The notes under the pieces are model-generated. The model had not been told where the DNA came from, searched no databases, and worked only from the letters and a program-made list of their open reading frames with translations. A program made the position numbers and the translations under genes. Positions 50,858 through 63,470 of a DNA stretch of 64,000 nucleotides are shown here, piece after piece (positions within the stretch are counted from its first letter, which is position 1; each line of letters starts with the position of its first letter). The DNA comes from Myxococcota bacterium (lineage in GTDB: Bacteria; Myxococcota_A; UBA9042; PHBI01; JAWLBL01): contig JAWLBL010000008.1 of NCBI GenBank assembly GCA_041687695.1, forward strand, positions 203,818 to 267,817, written 5' to 3'.

Positions 50858-52432
50858 GTGACCCGCGCCCCCGCACCCTTGTCCATCGACGACCTGCTCG
50901 GCCTGGTCGACGCGGTCGCCCGCCACCTGGGCGATCTGGGCGGCGAGCGCGGCCCCGACCTGGCGGGCCTCCCCGGCGCCTTCGTCGGCCGCTTCGCCGA
51001 CGGCTGCGAGCTGCAGGTGACCTTCGGCGGCGCCAGCGCCGAGCCCGAGGTGGCGCGCCACGCCGCCGGCGAGTCCCTCGAAGGGCTGGACGCCGTGCTC
51101 GAGGTGCCCCTGGCGGCCAGCGGCGGCCCCGAGGGCGTCCTGCGCCTGGGCCGTCAGCGCCCCTTCGCCCCCGAGGAGGTCCGCCTCGCCCAGACCCTGG
51201 GCCGCCGCATCGCCGGCTCGCTCGCCATCCGCCAGCTGGCGATCGACCGCGCCCGCCTGGCCGACGCCCTCGAGGCCGAGCGCGCCCGCCTCGAGGCCGT
51301 CATCCGCCAGATGCCGGGCGGCGTGGTCCTGGTCGGCGCGTCGGGCGAGATCCTGCTCAGCAACGACCGCATCGGTCAGGCGCTGGGGGTCCCCATCCCC
51401 GACCGCCCGCACCTGGCCGACTACGAGGGGCTGCCGCTCGTCCGCCCCGACGGCGCGCCGTTGCCCTTCGACGCCTGGCCGCTGACCCGCGCCCTGCGCG
51501 AGGGCGTCGAGGTGCACGACCAGCTGGGCATCCGCCGCCCCGACGGCACGGTGGGCACCCTCCGCGTCGACGCCGCGCCCGTGCGCGACCGGCTGGGCGA
51601 GGTCATCGCCGCCGTCGCCGTCATGAGCGACGTCAGCGAGACGGCGCGCCTCATCGAGGAGGTGCGCGAGGCCGTGCACACGCGCGAGAAGACGCTGTCC
51701 ATCGTCTCGCACGACCTCAAGAACCCGCTGCAGGTCGTGGTCTGGAACGCGCGGCAGCTGCGCCGGCACGCCGACAAGGGCGACTCGGTCCCCTCCGACA
51801 CCGTCCGGCGCATCGCCGAGTGGTTCGAGGGCGCGAGCCGCAAGATGACCACCATCGTCGACGATCTGCTGGACGCGTCGCGGCTGCAGGCGGGCAAGCG
51901 GCTGCAGCTCGAGCTGAACCTGGTCGATCTGGTGCCGCTGGTGCGCCGGGTGGCCGACGAGCTGCAGCAGGACACCAGCCGCCACACGCTGACGCTGACC
52001 AGCGGGCCGGGCGAGGTGGTGGGCCGCTGGGACGAGCAGCGGCTCGAGCGCGTGCTGGGCAACGTCATCGGCAACGCCATCAAGTACAGCCCGCAGGGTG
52101 GGGCGGTGCGCCTGACGGTCGAGCAGACCCCGGCGACCGCGGCCGACGGGCCCGATCACCCCGGCTGGGCGGTGGTGCGGGTGCAGGACGAGGGCATCGG
52201 CATCCCGCCGGCCGAGCAGGGCGTCGTCTTCGAGTGGTTCCGCCGGGCGAGCAACGTGCCGGCCCACCTCGACGGCACGGGCCTCGGGCTGCCCAGCGCG
52301 CGCCTCATCTGCGAGCAGCACGGCGGGCGGCTCGAGCTCGACAGCCGCCCGGACGAGGGCGCGACCTTCACCCTCGCCCTGCCGCTGGTAGACCTGATTG
52401 GTGATCGGGCTCGGCTACCGGGCGGCTCGTAG
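50858..52432 (+). CDS. PAS sensor histidine kinase
   Basis: GGAGG RBS before GTG; SHDLKNPL, NVIGNAIKYS, DEGIGI, GTGLGL. Confidence 0.92.
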   Translation: MTRAPAPLSIDDLLGLVDAVARHLGDLGGERGPDLAGLPGAFVGRFADGCELQVTFGGASAEPEVARHAAGESLEGLDAVLEVPLAASGGPEGVLRLGRQRPFAPEEVRLAQTLGRRIAGSLAIRQLAIDRARLADALEAERARLEAVIRQMPGGVVLVGASGEILLSNDRIGQALGVPIPDRPHLADYEGLPLVRPDGAPLPFDAWPLTRALREGVEVHDQLGIRRPDGTVGTLRVDAAPVRDRLGEVIAAVAVMSDVSETARLIEEVREAVHTREKTLSIVSHDLKNPLQVVVWNARQLRRHADKGDSVPSDTVRRIAEWFEGASRKMTTIVDDLLDASRLQAGKRLQLELNLVDLVPLVRRVADELQQDTSRHTLTLTSGPGEVVGRWDEQRLERVLGNVIGNAIKYSPQGGAVRLTVEQTPATAADGPDHPGWAVVRVQDEGIGIPPAEQGVVFEWFRRASNVPAHLDGTGLGLPSARLICEQHGGRLELDSRPDEGATFTLALPLVDLIGDRARLPGGS

Positions 52433-52505
52433 CGTGGATGCTGGCGGTCCGGGCTTGTTCATGAATCAGGGCTCGGCTGCACGAATTCGCTATCAGGGCC
52501 GGATT

Positions 52506-52694
52506 CCGTGGCCGTCGCCGAGGCCGTAGGCCGTGGCCGTGGCCGTGGCCGTGGCCGTACACCGTGGCCGTGGCCGTCGCCGAGGCCGAGGCCGTGGCCG
52601 TACACCGCGGCCGTGGCCGTCGCCGAGGCCGAGGCCGTGGCCGTACACCGCGGCCGTGGCCGTCGCCGAGGCCGAGGCCGTGGCCGTGGCCGTC
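52506..52694. repeat. Hexamer (GCCGTG/GCCGAG) repeat with a 43-bp higher-order unit
   Basis: gtacaccg recurs at 52557, 52600 and 52643 inside runs of gccgWg. Confidence 0.9.
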
Positions 52695-52939
52695 ATTGGG
52701 ACGCTGCGTCTGGGCTGCACGAGCTCGCTCGTGCTTCGGGCGCCGAGGTGGGCTGGGCACAGGCCTCGTCGCTGAGGGAGCCATCCATCGCGTCAGAGGA
52801 TGCGGGAGGGTCGCAGCGGTCCCCGGCGACGTAAAGGGCAAGCCGGCGCTCTCGCGCCGGTCGCCTTCGGCGACCCTTGACGCCGCCGGGGACCACTGCG
52901 GGGTGGGGCCGCATCCACTGACACGAAAGGATGGCCCCC

Positions 52940-53302
52940 ATGCAGAACCAAGGTGTGGTTCGGAACGGCAGCTCCCTCCAAGCTGAATCGCTGGCGATCG
53001 AGGCGGCGGCGGCGGTCGTGACATCGACGCGCGGCGTGAGTCCGCAATTGCGGTGCGTCGCCGAGCAGGCGGTGCGGGCGGTCGCGAGCACTCCGTTGAA
53101 CCTGGCTGAGGGCGCTGGCCGCGCGGGGCGTGACCGGGTTCAGCACTACAGGATCGCCTATGGCTCGTGCCGCGAGGCGTCGGCCGCGATGCGTCTTCTC
53201 GTCGCGACCGGCGCGGTGCCGAAGGCGCGCGGGGACGAAGCGCTGGCGCTGCTGGATCGCGTGCAGGCGATGACGTGGCGGCTGATGAACCCCAAGCGGT
53301 GA
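52940..53302 (+). CDS. Four-helix-bundle protein (23S rRNA IVS protein / Avd-like family)
   Basis: EQAVRAVAS.PLNLAEGAGR..DR..HYRIAYGSCRE; about 120 aa; AAAGGA RBS (alternative start 52931). Confidence 0.88.
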   Translation: MQNQGVVRNGSSLQAESLAIEAAAAVVTSTRGVSPQLRCVAEQAVRAVASTPLNLAEGAGRAGRDRVQHYRIAYGSCREASAAMRLLVATGAVPKARGDEALALLDRVQAMTWRLMNPKR

Positions 53303-53307
53303 GAGCG

Positions 53308-53339
53308 TCGGGGCCTCGTCGCTCCTGGCGAGGCCCCGA
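53308..53339 (+). terminator. Strong hairpin directly after the four-helix-bundle gene
   Basis: tcggggcctcg..cgaggccccga inverted repeat; no U-tract. Confidence 0.4.
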
Positions 53340-53661
53340 GGTGCCTGGTAGCCAAGGCGGTGCTCGGACTGTGTGCCGTCGACCTCCGAGACTCAGAGCG
53401 CCGCACGACACCTGCCTGAGCCGGGAACCGGGCCGCCAAGCACCCTCGGGCACGACAGAACGCGCCGACTCCCCTGAAGCCAGACCACCGGGCCAGCCGC
53501 GGCTACGGCGGACGGGATCGGTGCGCCGACACAGCCACGGAGCCGGGCCACGGAATCGGTAGGCGGACTCGGGAACGGTCTATCGCCATCCCTGACCGAT
53601 CAGGTCCGCTGCCGCTGGTGGGGCTGTAGCGCCGGACCTTCACCTCTGGTAGTGGGCAGGC

Positions 53662-55683
53662 ATGCGCACCCTGCTCGCCGCCGCCGCCCTGAGCCTGACC
53701 GTCGCCGCCTGCGGGGACGAGCCCGCCGCCCGCCCCGACGCAGGGCCCGATCTCGTGGACGACGCGGGGCCCGACGCGGGACCCGACGCCGCGCCCGATC
53801 CGCTCTGGGACAACTTCGGCGTCGCCGAGACCGAGGGCGACCCGGGCTGCGAGAACCTGGACGCGACCCACTGCCTGTTCCCCTTCCCGTCGGACCGCTT
53901 CCGCGTGGTGGACGGCGACGGCGCCCGGCTCGAGTTCGGCTCGGCCCTGCCGCGCAACACCCAGGGCGAGCCGATGAAGCCCGACCACTTCCGGCGCTTC
54001 GACGGCTTCTCGCCCATCACCCCGGTGATGTTCGCCCTGCCCGGCGTCACCCGCGCCAGCCTGGCCGACGCGCCGACCGTGCTGGACCCGTCACCCTCGC
54101 TCGAGCCCGACAGCCCGACCCTCATCCTGGACGCCGAGACCGGCGCGCCCATGGCCCACTGGGCCGAGATCGACCACTTCTCCGAGGGCTTCGGCGTGCC
54201 CGTGGTGGTGCTGCGCCCCGCCGCCCCGCTCGCCTTCGGCCGCCGCTACGTCGTCGCCGTCCGCGATCTACCCGGCCCGAACGGCGCCGCCCTGCCGGCC
54301 CACCCCGGCTTCGTGGCCCTGCGCGACCAGACGGCCAGCACCGTCCAGGGCGTCCACGCGCGCCGCGCCCACTTCGAGGACGCCGTCTTCCCGGCGCTGG
54401 CCCAGGCGGGCGTCGACCGCGCCGCGCTGCAGCTGGCCTTCGACTTCACGACCTCGACCGAGGCCAGCTCCACCGCGCTGGTGCTGGCGATGCGCGACGC
54501 CCTGATGGCGGCCATCGGCAAGGACGGCCCCGCGTGGGCCGTGACCCAGGTCGACCAGCTCGACGGCGACCCGCACATCGCCCGCGTCGTCAGCGGCGTC
54601 GCCCAGGTGCCCAGCTTCCTCACGCCCCCCGACGCCGAGGGCGTCCGCCGGATCCGCCGCGGGCCGGACGGCGCGCCCCTCATCGAGGGCACCGAGGCGG
54701 TCGCCTTCGAGCTGCAGATCCCCCACGCCGCCTTCGCCGCGCCCGGCACCGCCGCGGTCCTGCAGTACGGCCACGGCCTGTTCTACTCCAAGGCCGAGGC
54801 GCGCAAAGACTGGCTGCGCGCCATGGCCCAGCGCGACAACTTCGTCATCGTCGGCATCGACATGCAGGGCATGAGCGAGCCCGACATCCCGACCTGGGGC
54901 GCGGTGCTGGCGGGCGACCTGGGGCGCTTCCCGCAGCTGTCCGAGGCGGTGACCCAGGGCTTCATGAACCACCTGGCGGTGATGCGCCTGATGAAGGGCG
55001 ATCTCCACGGCGCTCCCGACAAAGGCCTGATGGCGCAGGACGGCGGCCCGCTGTGGGACCCGACGCAGCTCTGGTACTACGGCAACTCGCAGGGCGGCAC
55101 CTTCGGCGGGCTGATGGCCACGCTCACCCTGGACGTCCCGCGCTCCGTGCTGGGCGTGCCCGGCGGCGCCTTCTCGCTGCTGCTCAACCGCTCGACGGGC
55201 TTTTCGCAGTTCGCCGTCCTGCTGCAGCTGGCCTACGACGGCCTCGAGTTCGTCGCCGTCTTCGGCCCCATGCAGACCGGCATGGACCTCATCGAGCCGC
55301 TCAACTACGTGCGTCGCTTCGCCGCCGAGCCCTTCCCCGGCACGCCCGCCAGCACGGTCCTGCTGCAGGTCGCCAAAGAGGACTCCGTGGTCGACAACCA
55401 GGTCTCCTTCCTGCTCGGCCGCGCCGTCGGCGCGCGCCTGCTGACCCCCGCCGTCCGCTCGGTCTGGGGCCTGCCCGAGGTCGCCGCCCCCGCCACCGGC
55501 CCGGTCCTGACCGAGTTCGACTTCGGCTGGCCCGACAACCCCGACCCGACCGCCCCCGCCCCGGCCGAGCACGACACCCACGAGGACCTCCGCCGCCTCC
55601 GCGCCGCGCAAGACCAGCTGGTCCACTTCCTCCGCACCGGCGAGGCCGTCCACCTCTGCGACGGCGTCTGCGACCCGGAGTGA
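53662..55683 (+). CDS. Lipoprotein with a C-terminal alpha/beta hydrolase-like domain
   Basis: Lipobox VAAC; CLFPFPSD, DGFSP, QYGHGLF, YYGNSQGG nucleophile, D..V, terminal His. Confidence 0.8.
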   Translation: MRTLLAAAALSLTVAACGDEPAARPDAGPDLVDDAGPDAGPDAAPDPLWDNFGVAETEGDPGCENLDATHCLFPFPSDRFRVVDGDGARLEFGSALPRNTQGEPMKPDHFRRFDGFSPITPVMFALPGVTRASLADAPTVLDPSPSLEPDSPTLILDAETGAPMAHWAEIDHFSEGFGVPVVVLRPAAPLAFGRRYVVAVRDLPGPNGAALPAHPGFVALRDQTASTVQGVHARRAHFEDAVFPALAQAGVDRAALQLAFDFTTSTEASSTALVLAMRDALMAAIGKDGPAWAVTQVDQLDGDPHIARVVSGVAQVPSFLTPPDAEGVRRIRRGPDGAPLIEGTEAVAFELQIPHAAFAAPGTAAVLQYGHGLFYSKAEARKDWLRAMAQRDNFVIVGIDMQGMSEPDIPTWGAVLAGDLGRFPQLSEAVTQGFMNHLAVMRLMKGDLHGAPDKGLMAQDGGPLWDPTQLWYYGNSQGGTFGGLMATLTLDVPRSVLGVPGGAFSLLLNRSTGFSQFAVLLQLAYDGLEFVAVFGPMQTGMDLIEPLNYVRRFAAEPFPGTPASTVLLQVAKEDSVVDNQVSFLLGRAVGARLLTPAVRSVWGLPEVAAPATGPVLTEFDFGWPDNPDPTAPAPAEHDTHEDLRRLRAAQDQLVHFLRTGEAVHLCDGVCDPE

Positions 55684-55699
55684 GCCGGCGCCGCGGGCG

Positions 55700-56605
55700 T
55701 CAGCGGGGCCGGTAGCGCGCGCCCTCGGGGCCGAGGTCCCAGCAGCTCAGGTCGTAGACCTCGCGCTGGTCGACGCTGCCGTCCGCGCCCTGGTCGTGGG
55801 CCAGCTCGGTCAGCAGCCCCGCGGCGTTGCGGCGATAGACCAGCCGCAGCGGCGGCACGGGGATCCCGGCGCCGAAGGTGTTGGTCATCTCGGCGAGGCG
55901 GCCGTTCGCGTCCCAGACGTAGCGGCGCGTCCGGAAGACCTCCTCGCGGCCCTCGCGCCGTCGCACCAGCTCGGTCCCGACCGCCCGCCCGCCCTCGCAG
56001 CGCGCCCGGCTGAAGCCGCGCTCGCCCCCGCGCGACCGCATCGTCATCTCGGGGACGCGGCAGGCCCCAGGCGCGGGCCACCGGTACTCGCTGACCTGGC
56101 CCTGCTCGGGGTCGCCGGGCCACCGCTCCTCGACCCGCACCACGGCCCCGCGCGCGTCGTACTCCTGCACCACCACCACGTCCGGCTCGGCCCGCTCGGG
56201 GTCGTGCAGCCACCGCCGCGTCGTCGCCCGCCGCCCGTCCGCCGACCACTCGGTCTCCTCGCGCCGGACCCGCTCGCCGCCCCGCCAGCTCTCGCTCCCC
56301 AGCGGCCGCCCCTGCGCGTCGTAGCGGTGCGTCGTCCGCTCGACCTCGCCCCCGCCGGCGTCCAGCCGCCGGGTCCCGCACGGCCCCGCCACCTCGCAGG
56401 TCGTGTATTCACACACCAGCCCCGCCGCGCAGTCCCCGTCGTGCGTGCACACCCCGCCCGGCGGGCTCGCCCCCTCGGCCGCCGCCGCCCCGGACGCTTC
56501 GCCCCCAGCTTTCGGCCCGCACGCGACCAGCGCCAGCGCCAGCGCCACCCAGCGCCAGCCCGCCAACCGCCATCGCTTCTTCGGCCCGCCGATCGTCGCG
56601 TCCAT
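55700..56605 (-). CDS. Lipoprotein with YD-like repeats
   Basis: Lipobox LVAC; YDAQGR, YDARG, WDANGRL motifs. Confidence 0.65.
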   Translation of the reverse strand: MDATIGGPKKRWRLAGWRWVALALALVACGPKAGGEASGAAAAEGASPPGGVCTHDGDCAAGLVCEYTTCEVAGPCGTRRLDAGGGEVERTTHRYDAQGRPLGSESWRGGERVRREETEWSADGRRATTRRWLHDPERAEPDVVVVQEYDARGAVVRVEERWPGDPEQGQVSEYRWPAPGACRVPEMTMRSRGGERGFSRARCEGGRAVGTELVRRREGREEVFRTRRYVWDANGRLAEMTNTFGAGIPVPPLRLVYRRNAAGLLTELAHDQGADGSVDQREVYDLSCWDLGPEGARYRPR

Positions 56606-56945
56606 CGCCGTCCCTCCCCTCTCAGCCCCTCTGGCACGACCCGGGGCACCGGGCAAGCCCTGCAGAGGCCCTCGGCGATGGCTCAGGTCATTGGCCAGAC
56701 CCTATGGAGGCCCGTTGGGGACGACCCGGGCGACAAGGCGCCGCGACCTCGTACGATGGCCGTCCGATCCCGGCCGCCGCGCCCCGCGCCGTGCTGGGCC
56801 TCTGGGCCCCCTGAGCCCTGCCCGGCGAGCCGTCGCAGCGGACCGGCGGCCGAGATGTTGATTGAAATCACGGGCGTCTGCGCCGATAAAGGCGCCGCCC
56901 GGACTCCGCCCCGGACCGGGCGAACGCTTCGAGAGGACGTCTCCG

Positions 56946-58583
<1,638 letters not shown>

Positions 58584-58623
58584 GCCAGGCCGCGTTTCGT
58601 CGAGCCGCGAACAAGGACTCCGA

Positions 58624-61600
58624 ATGACTTCGCTCCCGAGATTGCTCCGCGCCCTGCTGGTCACGACGCTGATCGTCGCCGCCCCCGGCGCGCTCGCGCT
58701 GACGCGCACCGTCACCAACCTGAGCGACAGCGGCGCCGGCTCGCTGCGCGACGCGCTCGTGTGGACCTTCGACGAGCTCGGGCAGCCGCTGGTCATCGAG
58801 TTCGCCCCGGGCCTCGAAGGCACGCTGCAGCTGACCAGCGCCGGGCTGGTCGTCCCGTGGCAGTGGGAGAGCGTGACCATCACCGGCCCGGGCGCGGACA
58901 AGCTGACCATCGCCGGGCCGACCGACGGCGACTTCATCCTGGTCGACGCCGGCGGCCAGAGCACCTGGTTCCGCTACCTCACCATGAGCGGCCTCACCCT
59001 GACCGGCGGCCGCGGCACCTTCGGCGGGTGCCTGTACTCCCCGCGCATGACCACGCTCGAGCGCATGCGCTTCACCGGGTGCCACGACCTCGGCGACTTC
59101 GGCAACGCCGGCGGCGGGGCCATCCGCGCGACCGGGCAGTCCCTGACCATCCGCGACGCGCTCTTCGACGGCAACTCGGCCCTGTGGAACGGCGGGGCCA
59201 TCTTCGCCGAGGGCGGCGCGACGACCATCGTCAACAGCACCTTCTACGCCAACAGCGCCGGCAAGACCGGCGGCGCCATCGATCTGGCCCACAACACCGC
59301 CGGCTCGGCCGTGCTCGACTTCGTCACCATCACCGCCAACAGCGCCAACGCGGCCGGTGGCGTCCACGCCTACAACCCCGGCAACCCGGTCGCCATCACC
59401 AACTCGATCATCGCCGGCAACCCCTCGACCACCCCCGGCGACGTCTGGAACTCGGCGGGCGCCTCCATGACCGTCGCCTACTCCCACATCGGCGACGCCT
59501 CGCGCCTGTTCTCGGCCACGGTGCTCGAGGGCAACGCCCTGAACTACCCCGCCTTCCTGGGCGAGCTGGGCGACCACGGCGGCCCGACCATGACCGTCCC
59601 GCTGACGGTCTGCAGCCCCGCCTACGACGCGGCCGCCCCGACCAGCCTGCTGCCCGCCGACCAGCGCGGCGTCGCCCGCCCCGTCGGCCCCGGCCGCGAC
59701 ATGGGCGCCTTCGAGGCCCCGCCGCCGCCGCCCAACGGCGCGCCCGTGCTGACCGTCCCGGCCGAGGTCGCGGGCGCCGAGGACACGCCGCTGGCCGTCT
59801 CCGGCGTGTCGGTCGCCGACGCCGACATCTGCCTGGGCGACTACGTCGTCACGCTGATGCTCGACACCGACCAGGTCGCCCTGTCGGTCGACCCGACCGG
59901 CCTCACCTCGGTCGCCTCGGCCGGCCCCGACGCCCTCGAGCTGGTCGGCCCCCACGCCGCGATGAACGCCGCGCTGTCCTCGCTGGTGCTGACCCCCGCC
60001 GCCGACTTCAACGGGGACGTGCTGGTCGAGGTCCACGTCAGCGACCAGGGGAACACCGGCGCGGGCGGCGCCCTGGACGACTTCGACGCCTTCACGGTGA
60101 CCTTCGCGCCGGTCAACGACGCGCCGTCCTTCACCAAGGGCGCCGACGTCACGGTCGCCGAGGACTCGGGGACCTTCGCCCAGGCGGGCTGGGCGACCGC
60201 GCTCTCGGTCGGGCCGCCCGACGAGAGCGACCAGACGCTGCAGTTCGACGTCCTGTCGGTGACCAACAACGAGCTGTTCCTGGTGTCGCCCGCCGTCTCG
60301 CCCGACGGGACGCTGACCTTCACCCCGCGCGACGACGCCAACGGCGTGGCCGAGGTCACCCTCCGCGCCGCCGACAGCGGCGACGCCTTCTCGGCCCCGC
60401 AGACGTTCACCGTCACCGTCACGCCGGTCAACGACGCGCCCAGCTTCGGCGGCGCGCAGGACGTGACCGTGGCCGAGGACGCGGGCGCGGTGAGCCTGAG
60501 CGGCTTCGTGGACGCCATCAGCCCCGGCCCCGCCGACGAAGCCGGCCAGGCGGTCAGCTTCCAGGTCACGCCGACCGGCTCGACCAGCGTCCTGTCGGTC
60601 CTGCCCAGCGTCGCGGCCGACGGCACCTTGACCTTCACGACGGCCGCAAACGCCTACGGCAGCGCCGAGTTCGTGCTGACGGCCCAGGACGACGGCGGCA
60701 GCGCGGGCGGCGGGGTGGACACGTCGGCGCCGGTGACCTTCACCATCACCGTGACCCCGGACAACGACCCGCCGACCTTCACCCTGCCGGCGACCACGGT
60801 GTGGGCCGACGAGGACGGCGGGCCCATCGAGTACGTCCACTGGATCGACGACGCGAGCCCGGGGCCCTTGGAGGGCGGCCAGACGGTGGCCTTCGAGGTG
60901 GTCGGCAACACGGCCCCCGCGCTGCTGTCGGCCGGCCCGGCGCTGAGCCCCGTGGGCACGCTGACCTTCACGCCGGCGGCCGACGCCAACGGGTCGGCCG
61001 AGATCACGGTGCGCCTGGTCGACAGCGAGGGGGGCGTCTCGGAGCCCCAGACCTTCACCCTGGTGGTGCGCCCGGTGAACGACGCGCCGTCCTTCGTGAG
61101 CGGCGGTGACGTGACGGTCGCCGAGGATTCGGGCGCCTACGCGGCCGCGTGGGCGAGCGGAGTCAGCGCGGGGCCGCCCGACGAGGCGGGGCAGGGCCTG
61201 ACGTTCGAGGTGACCGGCAACACGGCGCCGGGGCTGTTCGCGGCGGGGCCGAGCGTCGGCAGCGACGGCACGCTGAGCTTCACGCCGGCGGCGGACGCGA
61301 ACGGGGCGGCGACGGTGACGGTGCGGCTGGTCGACGATGGCGGCACCGAGCTGGGGGGCGTGGACGTTTCGGCCGAGGTGGCGTTCCAGGTGACGGTGGC
61401 GGCGCTCAACGACGCGCCGAGCTTCACGGCGGGCGGCGACGTGACGGTGGCCGAGGACAGCGGCGCCTACGCGGCCGTGTGGGCGACGGGCGTGTCGGCG
61501 GGGCCGGCGGACGAGGTGGGGCAGGCGGTGACCTTCGAGGTGCTCGAGGTGTCGGCCCCGGCGCTGTTCGCGGCGGGACCGGCGCTGGCCGCCGACGGGA

Positions 61601-63420
61601 CGCTGAGCTTCGAGCCGGCGCCGGACGCCCATGGGCAGGCGACGGTGACCGTGCGGCTGGTCGACGACGGCGGGACGGCCGGCGGCGGGGTGGACGCCTC
61701 GGCCGAGGTCGCCTTCACCGTCACGGTGACGCCGGTCAACGACGCGCCGGTGGCCCAGGACGCGGCCTTCACGACGCCCGAGGACACGCCGCTGACCCTG
61801 GACGCGCCGGCCAGCGACGTCGACGGCGACGCGCTGACCTGGTCGGTGGTGACCCCGCCGGCCTCCGGCACGCTCGAGGCCGACCCGACGACCCCGGGGC
61901 GCTTCGTGTACACGCCGGCGCTGAACTTCGTGGGCTCGGACGCCTTCACCTTCACCGTGAACGACGGGACCGTGGACGCGGCGCCGGCGACCGTCACGCT
62001 GACGGTGACCGACGTCGCCGACGACGACGACGACCTCGACGGCGTGAACGACGACGTGGACAACTGCCCCGGCGTGGCCAACCCGGACCAGCTGGACACG
62101 GACGGCGACGGCGCGGGCGACGCCTGCGACGCGGACCTCGACGGCGACGGGGTCGACAACGGCGAGGACAACTGCGTGGCGCTGGCGAACCCGGACCAGC
62201 TGGACACGGACGGTGACGGCGTGGGCGACGCCTGCGACGCGGACCTCGACGGCGACGGGGTCGACAACGAGGTCGACAACTGCGTGGCGCTGGCGAACCC
62301 GGACCAGCTGGACACGGACGGTGACGGCGAGGGCGACGCCTGCGACGCGGACCTCGACGGCGACGGGGTCGACAACGAGGGCGACAACTGCGTGGCGCTG
62401 GCGAACCCGGACCAGCTGGACACGGACGGTGACGGCGCGGGCGACGCCTGCGACGCCGACGATGACGGCGACGGCGTCGAGGACGAGGGGGACAACTGCC
62501 CGCTGGCCCCCAACGCGCTGCAGACCGACACCGACGAGGACGGGCTGGGCGACGCGTGCGACGACGACATCGACGGCGACGAGGTGCTCAACGACGAGGA
62601 CAACTGCCCGCTGGTCGCCAACCCGGACCAGGCGGACCTCGACGGCGACGGCGAGGGCGACCCGTGCGACGGCGACCAGGACGGCGACGGGGTCGTCGAC
62701 GCCGAGGACAACTGTCCCCTCGTGGCCAACGCCGACCAGGCCGACCTGGACGAGGACGCGTTGGGTGACGCCTGCGACGTCGACGCGGACGGCGACGGCG
62801 TGGCCGAGGACGGCGACGGCAGCGGCACGCCGGGGGACGGCTCCTGCGGGGACGGCGAGACGGCGCAGTGCGACGACAACTGCCCTGGCGTGGCCAACCC
62901 GGACCAGCTGGACGGCGACGGCGACGGGGCCGGCGACGCTTGCGACGACGACGTGGACGGTGACGGCGTCCCGAACGCCCAGGACAACTGCCCCGCGGAC
63001 GCCAACCCCGACCAGGCCGACTGGGACGAGGACGGGCTGGGTGACGCCTGCGACGCCGACCAGCCCGACGCGGACCAGGACGGCGTGCTGGACGAGGCGG
63101 ACAACTGCGTCGAGGTGGCCAACCCCGACCAGGCGGACCTGGACGGCGATGGGGCGGGCGACGCCTGCGACCCCGACCGGGACGGCGACGGCGTCGACGA
63201 CGACGCGGACAACTGCCCGCTCGACCCCAACCCCGACCAGTACGATCTCGACGAGGACGGCCTGGGCGACGCCTGCGACCCCATCGACGACCGCCCCGTC
63301 CCGGGCCACTTCTCGGGGGGCGGCCTCGAGTCCTGCCAGGGCGGCCCGGCCAGCGGCCTGGTCAGCCTGCTGCTGGCTCTGGCGGCGCTGCTGTGGCGCC
63401 GCCGGCGGGTCGCGGGCTGA
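58624..63420 (+). CDS. Large surface adhesin: beta-helix/choice-of-anchor Q-like, cadherin/Ig-like repeats, TSP3 repeats, MYXO-CTERM-type tail
   Basis: [29 protein letters not shown]; repeated [15 protein letters not shown]; many DNCP..NPDQ.D.DGDG.GDACD; GGG..C..hydrophobic..RRRR. Confidence 0.9.
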   Translation: MTSLPRLLRALLVTTLIVAAPGALALTRTVTNLSDSGAGSLRDALVWTFDELGQPLVIEFAPGLEGTLQLTSAGLVVPWQWESVTITGPGADKLTIAGPTDGDFILVDAGGQSTWFRYLTMSGLTLTGGRGTFGGCLYSPRMTTLERMRFTGCHDLGDFGNAGGGAIRATGQSLTIRDALFDGNSALWNGGAIFAEGGATTIVNSTFYANSAGKTGGAIDLAHNTAGSAVLDFVTITANSANAAGGVHAYNPGNPVAITNSIIAGNPSTTPGDVWNSAGASMTVAYSHIGDASRLFSATVLEGNALNYPAFLGELGDHGGPTMTVPLTVCSPAYDAAAPTSLLPADQRGVARPVGPGRDMGAFEAPPPPPNGAPVLTVPAEVAGAEDTPLAVSGVSVADADICLGDYVVTLMLDTDQVALSVDPTGLTSVASAGPDALELVGPHAAMNAALSSLVLTPAADFNGDVLVEVHVSDQGNTGAGGALDDFDAFTVTFAPVNDAPSFTKGADVTVAEDSGTFAQAGWATALSVGPPDESDQTLQFDVLSVTNNELFLVSPAVSPDGTLTFTPRDDANGVAEVTLRAADSGDAFSAPQTFTVTVTPVNDAPSFGGAQDVTVAEDAGAVSLSGFVDAISPGPADEAGQAVSFQVTPTGSTSVLSVLPSVAADGTLTFTTAANAYGSAEFVLTAQDDGGSAGGGVDTSAPVTFTITVTPDNDPPTFTLPATTVWADEDGGPIEYVHWIDDASPGPLEGGQTVAFEVVGNTAPALLSAGPALSPVGTLTFTPAADANGSAEITVRLVDSEGGVSEPQTFTLVVRPVNDAPSFVSGGDVTVAEDSGAYAAAWASGVSAGPPDEAGQGLTFEVTGNTAPGLFAAGPSVGSDGTLSFTPAADANGAATVTVRLVDDGGTELGGVDVSAEVAFQVTVAALNDAPSFTAGGDVTVAEDSGAYAAVWATGVSAGPADEVGQAVTFEVLEVSAPALFAAGPALAADGTLSFEPAPDAHGQATVTVRLVDDGGTAGGGVDASAEVAFTVTVTPVNDAPVAQDAAFTTPEDTPLTLDAPASDVDGDALTWSVVTPPASGTLEADPTTPGRFVYTPALNFVGSDAFTFTVNDGTVDAAPATVTLTVTDVADDDDDLDGVNDDVDNCPGVANPDQLDTDGDGAGDACDADLDGDGVDNGEDNCVALANPDQLDTDGDGVGDACDADLDGDGVDNEVDNCVALANPDQLDTDGDGEGDACDADLDGDGVDNEGDNCVALANPDQLDTDGDGAGDACDADDDGDGVEDEGDNCPLAPNALQTDTDEDGLGDACDDDIDGDEVLNDEDNCPLVANPDQADLDGDGEGDPCDGDQDGDGVVDAEDNCPLVANADQADLDEDALGDACDVDADGDGVAEDGDGSGTPGDGSCGDGETAQCDDNCPGVANPDQLDGDGDGAGDACDDDVDGDGVPNAQDNCPADANPDQADWDEDGLGDACDADQPDADQDGVLDEADNCVEVANPDQADLDGDGAGDACDPDRDGDGVDDDADNCPLDPNPDQYDLDEDGLGDACDPIDDRPVPGHFSGGGLESCQGGPASGLVSLLLALAALLWRRRRVAG

Positions 63421-63470
63421 GACGGCGACAGGGCCGACGCTGGAGCGCCGCCTTCGAGAGGGTGTCGTAG

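Noticed and set aside
52493..52986. Short ORFs with (AV)n, (RG)n or (TA)n repeats
   Set aside because: Translations of the hexamer repeat in several frames, with no coding evidence.
52940..53302. Diversity-generating retroelement (Avd) or rRNA intervening sequence
   Set aside because: No reverse transcriptase, no TR/VR pair with adenine-specific mismatches, and no rRNA nearby.
55700..56605. Rhs toxin
   Set aside because: Short lipoprotein with a few YD-like motifs; no Rhs core DPxG motif or toxin/immunity pair.
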